Assembly: GCA_030765525.1 (NCBI GenBank)
Contig: JAVCCK010000030.1
Span: 12,488-76,487, forward strand
Source of the DNA: Candidatus Lernaella stagnicola
GTDB lineage: Bacteria > Lernaellota > Lernaellaia > Lernaellales > Lernaellaceae
Direction: 5' to 3'
DNA length: 64,000 nt
Shown: positions 54,451 to 62,766 of the stretch, in pieces
Layout: the number at the start of each line of letters is the position of its first letter
How positions within the stretch are numbered: the first letter of the stretch is position 1
Position numbers and translations under genes: made by a program
The notes under the pieces: generated by a model
Database searches by the model: none
Seen by the model: the letters and a program-made list of their open reading frames with translations, nothing else
What the model was told of the DNA's origin: nothing

Positions 54451-54963
54451 ATGGAGGGGGCAATGGCGACGATGACGATGGGCGAGTGGTCTACACTGAA
54501 AGAGGCAGCGGACCTGCTGGGGGTGTCCCCTAAGACCCTTCAGGCACAGTCCAAGAAGGGGAAGATCGCCGCTGTCAAACGAGGGCGGGATCTGTGGATT
54601 TCCGCCGATGAAATCGAGCGGTATCGGCGGGAACATTTAGGTACGCGCCGGGGCGGCTGGCTGACCTCGGAAGAGGCAGCGGTGGCGCTGCTACCGCGAA
54701 TCGCAGCGGTTGGCGAGTTCGTTGACCCAGCGATCCAAACCACATTCAGCGGCGGCGTGTTCCACTTCGCCGTGCCTTGGACGCCGCCCGAATGGCTTTA
54801 CGGCAAGCGCGGGCGGCTGGACAAGACGACCGCCGCACGGGACGGGGAGCGGTATCGAAGGGCCATGAAGCGCAAGCTACGGCTAGCCCTCAAAGCAGCC
54901 AAGCTTGACTACGTGCGCACGAGCGCGCACGTGGAATTTACGCCCCCCGACCGATCTGAGTAG
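54451..54963 (+). CDS. excisionase/MerR-type helix-turn-helix DNA-binding protein
   Basis: EWSTLKEAADLLGVSPKTLQAQSKKGKIAAVKRGRDLWISADEIERYRRE is a typical excisionase-family HTH. The start may instead be the internal ATG 54463 (GGAGG upstream). Confidence 0.6.
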   Translation: MEGAMATMTMGEWSTLKEAADLLGVSPKTLQAQSKKGKIAAVKRGRDLWISADEIERYRREHLGTRRGGWLTSEEAAVALLPRIAAVGEFVDPAIQTTFSGGVFHFAVPWTPPEWLYGKRGRLDKTTAARDGERYRRAMKRKLRLALKAAKLDYVRTSAHVEFTPPDRSE

Positions 54964-55010
54964 ATCAGCAGCCCGCCTCGTCGTGGGCTATTACCTCCGC
55001 CCTCGATTTC

Positions 55011-55050
55011 GGCGGCGACGCGTTTGCTTTCGGGTCGCCGCCGCTTTTAT
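55011..55050 (+). terminator. rho-independent terminator between convergent genes
   Basis: GGCGGCGAC (55011-55019), a 14-nt loop, GTCGCCGCC (55034-55042), then GCTTTTATTT. Confidence 0.6.
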
Positions 55051-55074
55051 TTAATTATCAAAGAGCAAAACCGC

Positions 55075-55662
55075 TCAGGCGGCCGGGGGTCGGCGGATGT
55101 CGAGGACACGGTCTTTCGAGTAGCGGGCGACGGTGACGCAGTCGCCCTGGTTGCCGCCAAGCAGCAGCAGGTCGCCGTTTTCCTCCCCTGCGTAGAACGC
55201 GGAGTGGCCGGTCCAATGGTCCGGAGCGATGCGCCAAAGGACGACGATATCGCCCACGCGCGGCGTGTCGGCCGGCTCGCCATATGCGAGGAAAGAGCGG
55301 GCGTTAGGCCGCTCCGTGCCTTCGAGGCCCGCCTGCTGCAGGCACCAATTCACAAAGGCGGCACACCAGGCGGTTTCGTCGGCCACGTACATTAAGCCGC
55401 TCGAGGCGAGGTATTCCTGGATTCGCGGGTTGTGATCCGGCCCGGCGATTTCCGCCTGGCCGAGCTCGGCCAGCGCGACGCCATACCACGCGGGAACGGC
55501 CGGCTCGGTTTTCGCCAGCAGCGCCTCCGGCCGCAGGGCCACGGGCGGCCGTGCCCGCTTTGGTGACGGCAGCGGCGGCGTGATTCGTCGTTTCGGGCAC
55601 GTAGCCATTCCATACATCCGCCCGAGCCACGCCGCGAATTTGAGCCACCAATTCGTTTTCAT
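55075..55662 (-). CDS. TIGR02594-type (NlpC/P60-CHAP-like) cell-wall hydrolase, putative phage lysin
   Basis: Trimmed to ATG 55662. Has HNPRIQEYLASSGLMYVADETAWCAAFVNWCLQQAGL...ARSFLAYGEPADTPRVGDIVVLWR...GHSAFYAGEENGDLLLLGGNQGDCV. N-terminus is a hydrophobic segment MKTNWWLKFAAWLGRMYGMATC followed by a Pro-rich linker. Confidence 0.75.
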   Translation of the reverse strand: MKTNWWLKFAAWLGRMYGMATCPKRRITPPLPSPKRARPPVALRPEALLAKTEPAVPAWYGVALAELGQAEIAGPDHNPRIQEYLASSGLMYVADETAWCAAFVNWCLQQAGLEGTERPNARSFLAYGEPADTPRVGDIVVLWRIAPDHWTGHSAFYAGEENGDLLLLGGNQGDCVTVARYSKDRVLDIRRPPAA

Positions 55663-55670
55663 GATCTCCC

Positions 55671-56879
55671 CTATGCTTGGTCGCCACCGAACACGGCGAC
55701 GCTGAAGCCGGCGTCGGTCGCAGCGCCGGCCAAATTGACCGTCGTGACGGTGAACCCGGCGATGTTCCACGCGCTCGAGTTTGCGACCGCCGGGCCGCTG
55801 TTGGCCACGGGTGTCACCGCGTAATTCGCCGCGGCAAAATTCCGCTGGAATGTCAGGGCGTAAACCCCGCTGAGGGCGACGTGGTTGACGGCGTTGACAT
55901 TGAGCGAGGCGAGGATCGTCCCGTCGGAATGGACCAGTGCCCACGCCTTGGCGAACGACGCGCCGGTCATCTCGTTTTGCGCCGGCGACGCCGCGGGCGG
56001 GTCGCCGTCTTCCCACTGCATGGTCGAGCCGTCCATGAGCATGAGTTGGCCGCCGTCATCGACGACGACGACGCCCTCGTCGACGAAGAGCCACGCGCCG
56101 TCTTTGATGTAATTGAGCGAGCCGTCATCGAGGAGTAATTGGCCGAAGACCTGAATGTACGCGGCGGCGTCGCACACCAGCGAGGCGTTCGCGCCGGCCA
56201 GTTCAATTTGCGCGTTCGTACCGAGCAGGACGGTGGAGTTGATGCCGAGGTCAATCGACAGGTTCCCGACGTCGGCGATGATTTCGGCGGCGCCGATAAA
56301 ATTGATTGCCGCGTTTTCATCCACCGTCACGTCGGCGAGCTCGTCGATCCAGGCGCCGCGATCGCTATCGGCCAGCACCGCCGCAAATTCATAGCCTGCG
56401 CCTACGCGCGGCACGTCCACCGTGCCGTGTAGATCCGTTCGCACGGTCGGCACGACGGTGATGCCCGCGCCGTCCCAGACCATCGCGCGGCCCAGGACGA
56501 GGTAGATCGTCTCGTCGAGGGAGCCGGTCGCCGCAAAGCGCAGCCACGCGCGATATTCCATCGCGCCGCCGCCCGCGTCGACGGCCTTTGCGTCGATATA
56601 AATATCGTAGGTGCCGGCGTCGACGGGCCCGCCGGCCTCGCCCGCGGTGAGCAAATTGATCGTTTGCGAATACCACGTGTCCATCGTGGCGATGGCGGAG
56701 TAGAGTTTCGCGTCGCCCAAATCGCCCGCCGTAACGGTCGTGCCGGTCCAAATGAGCATCTCGAACCCGGTCCAGTCATACGCGCCGGGCGTGAGCGCGC
56801 CTTGAAAGTTTTTCCCGATCGCGTCCGCTTCGGCGGCGTAAAGCCACGTCACGGCGTCATGCCAATTCTTCACAAGCAT
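55671..56879 (-). CDS. putative tail fibre / receptor-binding protein
   Basis: Sits directly after the gpI/XkdU-like gene (TGATG overlap). Gly/Ala/Val/Asp-rich beta-type sequence with no enzymatic motifs. The call is by synteny only. Confidence 0.5.
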   Translation of the reverse strand: MLVKNWHDAVTWLYAAEADAIGKNFQGALTPGAYDWTGFEMLIWTGTTVTAGDLGDAKLYSAIATMDTWYSQTINLLTAGEAGGPVDAGTYDIYIDAKAVDAGGGAMEYRAWLRFAATGSLDETIYLVLGRAMVWDGAGITVVPTVRTDLHGTVDVPRVGAGYEFAAVLADSDRGAWIDELADVTVDENAAINFIGAAEIIADVGNLSIDLGINSTVLLGTNAQIELAGANASLVCDAAAYIQVFGQLLLDDGSLNYIKDGAWLFVDEGVVVVDDGGQLMLMDGSTMQWEDGDPPAASPAQNEMTGASFAKAWALVHSDGTILASLNVNAVNHVALSGVYALTFQRNFAAANYAVTPVANSGPAVANSSAWNIAGFTVTTVNLAGAATDAGFSVAVFGGDQA

Positions 56880-58258
56880 CAGCCTGCCTCCTTCGTCACA
56901 AAGTCGCGGCCGACGCACGACGCGCCGACGATGAAGCCCGCATGCCCGACGGCCGGGCGTGCCCAGCCGGGGCCGGCGCCGCGCAGCATGCGCTCGATCG
57001 CCGCGTGCGCCATGCGGTCGAGCTCGTTGGGCTCCGACTCATAAATTTGGTATTGCCAGATCATGTTCCCGAAGGCGGCGTACGGCGCGTTCTCCGTGAT
57101 CTCCGCGTCCGCCTTCACGGCCTGCGCCAGCGCTTCGAGATACGGCACGCTGAGTCGCGGCTTCATCGTCGCCATCAGAATCACCAGGTCACGACGCTCC
57201 TGCAGCGTGTGGCCGGTCGCGATCGGCAAGCCGTACTGCCGCTCGTGCCGGTGGATGAGCCCGATCGTGGTTTCCGGGTGAATTTCCTCGTTTTTCAGCG
57301 CGACAATCGCCGCATCGAGCCGGTCGAGTTCGAGGCCGAGGGCCGCGAGGAACACGTTGAACAAATTGGCCGTGTCGTCGGTGTAACGTTGCGGCGGCAG
57401 CAGCGCGCGCAGCAACCGATAGCCGACACCGGTCGCACGAAGGTCGCCCAGGGTGAACAGAGGGCCTGCCATGTGCGGGCGCACCTCGAGCCGCCGCCAG
57501 CCCGGCGTGGTCTGCACGGGCGTGACGATGGTCAATTCGCTGCTGGACACGACCGTCGTCGCGCAAACAGCGTCGCCGGCAGGCGAGACCAACGTGGCCG
57601 TCGCGCCGGCGGCGAATCCGCTGCCGTACACTCGAATCGTGTTTGCCAGGTGCTGGCCGAGCAGGCGCGAGTTGATGCGGCCGACGTGGGTCTCGTCGCT
57701 GGTGTAGGAGAAGTCGGCCCAGGCGGCCGTGCCGGAAGGCTCGGTCGAATACAGCGTCATCGAAACCAGCGCGTAGGTCTCGGTCCAGTCCGTGACCGTC
57801 GCCTTGACGACGAACTCGCCGTCTTCGATCACACCGAACTCCACACGCGCCGCCGATTGCCGCCGCACCGCGAGCCTCGTGTCGCTGCCGTCGTGGGCTT
57901 CGCTAAACAGGCCGACGGCTCCGCCATACAGGAAGAGGGAGTAACCCGTGCTTTCCCGCGCGAGGCTCCACGACATCTGCACGTCGGCGTCGGCACCGGA
58001 AAACAACAGCCCGGCGGCGATGTTGTTGGCGCCGGCCGGCAGTGCGAAGCTGATCGACACGTCGACGGCCACCTCGCAGCGTGTGGCGTGAAACCAGTCG
58101 AGGCTGCGGTAGGCGAGCGCTGCGCCCGTAACGGCCATGTGGCACACGCCGCCGTCTTCTTCGACGGTCCCCGCGCCGCCGTCGGTCCATTCATCGTCGG
58201 CCACGCCGTCGGCGAAATCGTCGGTGAACGCGGGATAAATCGGGTAGTCGGTCAGCAT
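56879..58258 (-). CDS. baseplate protein, Mu gp48 / P2 gpI / XkdU (DUF2313)-like C-domain with N-terminal LamG-like and IPT/TIG-like extension
   Basis: Trimmed to ATG 58258. The C-terminal YRLLRALLPPQRYTDDTANLFNVFLAALGLELDRLDAAIVALKNEEIHPETTIGLIHRHERQYGLP fits DUF2313. Preceded by IRVYGSGFAAGATATLVSPAGDAVCATTVVSSSELTIVTP (IPT-like) and a jelly-roll-like domain of about 170 aa. Confidence 0.65.
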   Translation of the reverse strand: MLTDYPIYPAFTDDFADGVADDEWTDGGAGTVEEDGGVCHMAVTGAALAYRSLDWFHATRCEVAVDVSISFALPAGANNIAAGLLFSGADADVQMSWSLARESTGYSLFLYGGAVGLFSEAHDGSDTRLAVRRQSAARVEFGVIEDGEFVVKATVTDWTETYALVSMTLYSTEPSGTAAWADFSYTSDETHVGRINSRLLGQHLANTIRVYGSGFAAGATATLVSPAGDAVCATTVVSSSELTIVTPVQTTPGWRRLEVRPHMAGPLFTLGDLRATGVGYRLLRALLPPQRYTDDTANLFNVFLAALGLELDRLDAAIVALKNEEIHPETTIGLIHRHERQYGLPIATGHTLQERRDLVILMATMKPRLSVPYLEALAQAVKADAEITENAPYAAFGNMIWQYQIYESEPNELDRMAHAAIERMLRGAGPGWARPAVGHAGFIVGASCVGRDFVTKEAG

Positions 58259-59640
58259 CAGCTTGCCGTCTGCAGAATGAGCGTGCCGATGCGCAGCGCC
58301 TGCACGGTCGTTTCGTCGACCAGCGCCGTGACATTGCCCGTCGGCGATTGCGTCGCGTCGAGCACTTCGAATTGATTTGTCAGGGTGGCGCGGCCCTTTG
58401 ACTCGTAATAGCTCGCGCCGATCCGGATCTCCGCAAAGTATGTTTCGATCGCCTCCGCGAGCGTGTCGTATGTGGGGCAACCGGGCATTACCAAATCGCC
58501 GGAGCTTGGCGCGACCGGCTCACCATCCGCGTCCAGCAACGGCGTCGCCAGCGTGAGCGTGTCCGCCGTTGCGTCGACCGCACTGATTTTCCGGGCGCGC
58601 CGCAGGTCGCGAAACGCAACCCACTGGCCGACCTCAAAGCCTGTCGTATCGATCAGGCGAATCGTCCGGCTGCTGCTGCCCTCCTGCACGGTGGCCGAGG
58701 GCGTGTCGCTGAATTCGTACCCCTTGGCCATGTTCAGGCCGAAGGTAAAGTCCACGTCCGTCAGCACCGGATGGACCGCCAGCGGCTGTTCCAGCGGCGG
58801 CGCCGCGTCCGGATCCCCGGCGGCGCATACCGGCCGGTTTTCATCCAGCGCGTCCTGCACGGCCGAAAGCACCGCCGCCGTCACGTTGTCGCCTTCCATA
58901 TCCAGCACCGCCACGTCGCAGGTGCCCACGTCGCGGCGGTACGGGAACGCCTCGGCAAAGCCCACGCCCTCGACGCCCAGCGCCCAGTTCTTGAAGTCCG
59001 CCGCAGTGCCGCCCGCGGCCGGATTCTCGATCGACAAATGGTAGCGATCGAGGTAGTGCGCCTGCTTCTCCGCGTCCGTGCCGCCGGTCATGTTGCCGTT
59101 TACCGTGGCCGTGGCCGCGATGCCGACCGGCTGGCTTTCCCACAACACCGCCTCGCCGGTGGCCAGCGCCCCCGCGTCGCCGGCGACGATGGCCTCGACC
59201 GGGACGTACGCCGCGCCGGTGCCGTCACCCGCGTCGACGAGTTCGCCGCCCGCCGTCGCCTCGTAGCGCTGCGCCGTTTCTTGATGAATGAAGGTGTCGC
59301 CATCCGACCAGGTTGCGGCGATCGTGCCGGTGACGTAAAACGCGCCGGCGCCGGCGACCAGGCCGACTGCCTTGGTTGCGGCCAGCGGGTCGCCGATATG
59401 GCGGCGCGCGTGGCGCACCAGGTTGTCGTAGGACGCGGTATCGGGAAACGCCTCGTCGGTCGCCGCCTGCAGGTGCCCGTAGGCTTCCTGCAACGCCGCG
59501 GCCTTGCCCGTCGCCAGGTCAAACACGTCATCGCCGGCGGAGTCGGCGCGCACGCCTTCGAGCGTATTACGGACGGCCGCGCAGATATCGTCGCGGATCT
59601 CGGCCGTCGGCTTCACGGCATAATCAGAGTGTCTCGGCAT
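58258..59640 (-). CDS. baseplate J-like protein (Mu gp47 / P2 gpJ / XkdT)
   Basis: N-terminus IRDDICAAVRNTLEGVRADSAGDDVFDLATGKAAALQEAYGHLQAATDEAFPDTASYDNLVRHARRHIG is typical of baseplate J. 460 aa. Synteny supports the call. Confidence 0.8.
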   Translation of the reverse strand: MPRHSDYAVKPTAEIRDDICAAVRNTLEGVRADSAGDDVFDLATGKAAALQEAYGHLQAATDEAFPDTASYDNLVRHARRHIGDPLAATKAVGLVAGAGAFYVTGTIAATWSDGDTFIHQETAQRYEATAGGELVDAGDGTGAAYVPVEAIVAGDAGALATGEAVLWESQPVGIAATATVNGNMTGGTDAEKQAHYLDRYHLSIENPAAGGTAADFKNWALGVEGVGFAEAFPYRRDVGTCDVAVLDMEGDNVTAAVLSAVQDALDENRPVCAAGDPDAAPPLEQPLAVHPVLTDVDFTFGLNMAKGYEFSDTPSATVQEGSSSRTIRLIDTTGFEVGQWVAFRDLRRARKISAVDATADTLTLATPLLDADGEPVAPSSGDLVMPGCPTYDTLAEAIETYFAEIRIGASYYESKGRATLTNQFEVLDATQSPTGNVTALVDETTVQALRIGTLILQTAS

Positions 59641-60002
59641 TACAACAACCTCACAAACTCGCTGAGCACGTGCGGTTTCTTGTGCTCGTCGAGGAAAAAG
59701 ATTTTTACGTGGCGACGCTTGCGGTTCGTCGTTTCCAACACCTGCACGTCGAGGCCGGAGATCTCGCCGCGGCGCACCATCGGCAGCAACAGCTCGAACG
59801 CCCGGTCGCCGACGATCACGTCAATCGCGTCAACCGATTTCGGCGGCCGCGGCGGGTCGCCCCGCTCCGGATCGCTCCACACCGGGCCCCACAACGGCCG
59901 CAGTAGGCGCCGCGCTTTATCGACGATCGACGTGGCCCGCTGAATTTGGCCCGCCGGAGAAACGCGCCAACCGGCACCGAAATAGGCAAATCCGTACGTC
60001 AT
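59640..60002 (-). CDS. small baseplate wedge protein (gp25/gpW/XkdS-like position)
   Basis: 120 aa, directly upstream of baseplate J with a TAATG overlap. Called by size and synteny. Confidence 0.5.
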   Translation of the reverse strand: MTYGFAYFGAGWRVSPAGQIQRATSIVDKARRLLRPLWGPVWSDPERGDPPRPPKSVDAIDVIVGDRAFELLLPMVRRGEISGLDVQVLETTNRKRRHVKIFFLDEHKKPHVLSEFVRLL

Positions 60003-60418
60003 GGTAATGGCACCCCCTCGACGCTCAGCCCGCCTTTGATATCCACGCCGGTCGGCGTGATGACCATGCCGCCGGTGCCCGCCACCGGATCGACGATCAC
60101 GATGCCGCCGCCGGCAGCCTGCGCCTCGATTCGCCAGGCGATCATCGCCTTGGCCGCCACGGGCGAGGGATTGCCGGCGACCACCAGCGGGTCGTCGGTC
60201 GCGTTCGCGATGATCACGCTGCAGCCGGGCGGCACGACGACGGCGCAGCCGGGGAACGGCGCGACGATTGCGGGCTCCGGACTCGGCACGCCGTCGAGGC
60301 CGACGAAATACGTCTCGACCGCGCCGCCGGTAACCGGGTCTGAAACGGCGCTTATAGCGTGTTGATACGCCTGTTCAAGGCGTGCTAGACGGCGTTCGAG
60401 TTCCCGCAGGGTGGCCAT
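59999..60418 (-). CDS. baseplate spike/assembly protein V-like (Mu gp45 position)
   Basis: Trimmed to ATG 60418 (TAATG overlap). Short coiled coil LRELERRLARLEQ, then a Gly/Val/Pro-rich beta region ending GGMVITPTGVDIKGGLSVEG. Called mainly by synteny. Confidence 0.45.
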   Translation of the reverse strand: MATLRELERRLARLEQAYQHAISAVSDPVTGGAVETYFVGLDGVPSPEPAIVAPFPGCAVVVPPGCSVIIANATDDPLVVAGNPSPVAAKAMIAWRIEAQAAGGGIVIVDPVAGTGGMVITPTGVDIKGGLSVEGVPLP

Positions 60419-61488
60419 TACATCACCCCCGGTTCGACCAGCGTGAGCCGTGTGCGGCTGCCGCCGCTTAGGTCTTGCATCAGGCGCCGCGCGATGACGA
60501 ACATCGGCCCGGCGACGCCCTTGTGTGGGATCGACACGAGTACCATCTGTGCAACCTGCCACGGCAGGCCGGTCTCGGTCGTGAACCCCGCCACTTCGAG
60601 TTCGATCTTTGTGCCCTGCAGGCGGCGCAGCGCGACCTCGCGCATCGCTTTGGCTTGCGCCTGGGCAATCGACTTCGCGTCTTGATCGACGAGTACCAGC
60701 GGGCGGTAGACGCCGCGCGAGATCAACTCGGGATCCACCGCCATGCCGAGCGCCGGCGCGCCGAGCATGCCCGTGGCGATGGTGCCGTGGCGGGCGCGTT
60801 GGCCGCCGCCGCCCTGGACGACGATGTGCGAGAACCGCGCCTCGACGTCGTCGCGCAGCGTGTAGCTGGTGATGTTATTTGCCGCCGCCTGCGGGCCGCT
60901 GGGCATCGACGCCAGCGTGGCGACGGGCGGGATCGCGTAATAGGGCAAGAGCGATTCAATGCGCAGCACGCCCGTCGCGTCACACCACATCGTGCAGCCG
61001 CACTCTTTCGCGATCGGCTCGAGGATCGACCACACCGGCTGTGAGGGCGACGCGCTGGTCGTTTGCGCCCGCGGGATCTGCGCGGCGGCGTCGACCACGA
61101 CCGGCACGGCGAGTTGGCCGCAAAGCTCGGCGGCAAAGGTCGCCAGGCTGCCGGCCGGGCGGCGAAAGCGAATAAGCGGCGGGCTGTCGACGAGCACCTT
61201 CGCGGCGTCGCAACCCTCGATGGCGATTTGGTCGCCCGTCTGTGATACCTCGTTGGTCGCGCTGCTGCGGTTGCCGGTGAATATCGGCACCGGGCCGAGC
61301 GTGGCGATCAGGCGATTGCAGCGCGCCAGGAGCGGCCACGCCATCGGCACGCCGTCCTGCGTGCTGGGCCCGACCAGGTGCAGCATGTCGCTGGGCACGA
61401 GCATGTCGCTGTCCAGATCGATCGACTCCCACGCCGCGAGTATCCCTGCAACGTCGGTGGTCAAAATCAATGGCAGCGGTACGGGCAT
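60418..61488 (-). CDS. phage late control D / baseplate hub protein (Mu gp44-like)
   Basis: 356 aa, positioned between the DNA-circulation protein and the V-like gene. General gpD-like composition. Called by synteny. Confidence 0.6.
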   Translation of the reverse strand: MPVPLPLILTTDVAGILAAWESIDLDSDMLVPSDMLHLVGPSTQDGVPMAWPLLARCNRLIATLGPVPIFTGNRSSATNEVSQTGDQIAIEGCDAAKVLVDSPPLIRFRRPAGSLATFAAELCGQLAVPVVVDAAAQIPRAQTTSASPSQPVWSILEPIAKECGCTMWCDATGVLRIESLLPYYAIPPVATLASMPSGPQAAANNITSYTLRDDVEARFSHIVVQGGGGQRARHGTIATGMLGAPALGMAVDPELISRGVYRPLVLVDQDAKSIAQAQAKAMREVALRRLQGTKIELEVAGFTTETGLPWQVAQMVLVSIPHKGVAGPMFVIARRLMQDLSGGSRTRLTLVEPGVM

Positions 61489-61497
61489 TTTCTTTCC

Positions 61498-62766
61498 TTA
61501 TGCGGCCGGAACGCGCAGGTCGGTGCCGGCCGGCAGGCGGTTCCAATCACCGCGCACGTTAGGGTTGAGGGCTCTTATTTCGCCGGCGCGATTTGCCGCG
61601 CCCAGCCAGTCGACGGTCCAAAGCACGAGCGGACGATTGTCGCGATCCAGCGTTTCACGCCGCACCTGCAGACGCGGTGAGCGGATCTGCGCCAGCGTGC
61701 GCACGAGGCTGTCGCCCACGCGCGAGAGCTGCGTCACTGCCGGGCCGGCGTAGTACGGGTTTGTCGCCGATTGCAGCGCGATCGTGTTGCGGATGCGCCG
61801 GCGCAAGAACACGGCCGCGGCGTCGGCCGCCACGGCGTCGAGCGTTCCCGCCCGCGCTGCCGCCTGCACGTGCGCGATCAATTGATTGGCCGTGTATGCC
61901 GCCGCGGCGGTCTCCCACTGCGCTACCGCGACCAGCGCCGCGTGCTGCGAAGCCGGCGGCGAACTCACGCCCGGCGCGGTCGGCGCGCCGCCCGCGTACA
62001 CGCCCGGATCGTAGCTGTAGGTGCCGTCGAGAATGCCCTGGTAAACGGCCTCGCGCAGGCCCAGCGCTTTGCGCGTGTCGCGGTTGATCTGGTCGACGAC
62101 GTCGTAACGCGCCTTCACCAGGTCCTCGGTCGGCGAGTCGATGTCGAAGGGGTCGGCCAGCTTGCCTTCGAACCACGACTGCAGGCTGTCGGCCAGGCTG
62201 TCGATCGATCGGTCGATCATGGTCGGCAGGTCGCCGGCGATGCGAACGAGCATCATAATCGCGGCCAGCGCCGCCGCGTTCCAGCCCGTAATAAAGGCGA
62301 GCGACGCGAGGTAGCGGCCCAAATTCGGCGCCAGCACGATCAGGTCGAACAGGACCGGCACGCCCACGCCGAACTCGGCGGTGATTTCCGGCGCGATGGC
62401 GTGGCGTCGGAACGTGACGCTGATGGTGGCGCACAATTCGCGGGCGTCGACTTCTTCGGTATAGCGCAGCGGGTACACCTGCTGCATGCCGCGCGTGGGG
62501 TGAATTAAGATGCCGGGTTTCATCGGCACGATCGCGCCGTCGAGCAGGCGCGCGAAGGTTTTGTGGGCTTCGAAGTTCGTGCCGATAAAAACGAAGGTGA
62601 GGTCGAACACGCGGCTTTTTGCGCCGAGCGGCTCGTTCACTTCGCCGAGGCGGCCGACGGCTCCGTGCGCGGCGGTATTGAATTCGTAGGTTTGCCGGGC
62701 GCTGGCGGCGAACAGCGGGAAGCCGTCATAGAAGGCGGGGACGGAGTTTTTCAGCCAAATATTCAT
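61498..62766 (-). CDS. Mu gp43-like DNA circulation protein with LysM/tail-X-like C-terminus
   Basis: N-terminus WLKNSVPAFYDGFPLFAASARQTYEFNTAAHG...EPLGAKSRVFDLTFVFIGTNFEAHKTFARLLDG...GILIHPTRGMQQV fits the DNA_circ_N pattern. The C-terminus GEIRALNPNVRGDWNRLPAGTDLRVP is LysM-like. Confidence 0.7.
   Translation of the reverse strand: MNIWLKNSVPAFYDGFPLFAASARQTYEFNTAAHGAVGRLGEVNEPLGAKSRVFDLTFVFIGTNFEAHKTFARLLDGAIVPMKPGILIHPTRGMQQVYPLRYTEEVDARELCATISVTFRRHAIAPEITAEFGVGVPVLFDLIVLAPNLGRYLASLAFITGWNAAALAAIMMLVRIAGDLPTMIDRSIDSLADSLQSWFEGKLADPFDIDSPTEDLVKARYDVVDQINRDTRKALGLREAVYQGILDGTYSYDPGVYAGGAPTAPGVSSPPASQHAALVAVAQWETAAAAYTANQLIAHVQAAARAGTLDAVAADAAAVFLRRRIRNTIALQSATNPYYAGPAVTQLSRVGDSLVRTLAQIRSPRLQVRRETLDRDNRPLVLWTVDWLGAANRAGEIRALNPNVRGDWNRLPAGTDLRVPAA

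Noticed and set aside
55671-56879. Diversity-generating retroelement acting on the tail fibre gene.
   Set aside because: There is no reverse transcriptase gene in the visible part of the element. I could not find a template-repeat copy of the 3' end of the fibre gene in the flanking non-coding DNA.
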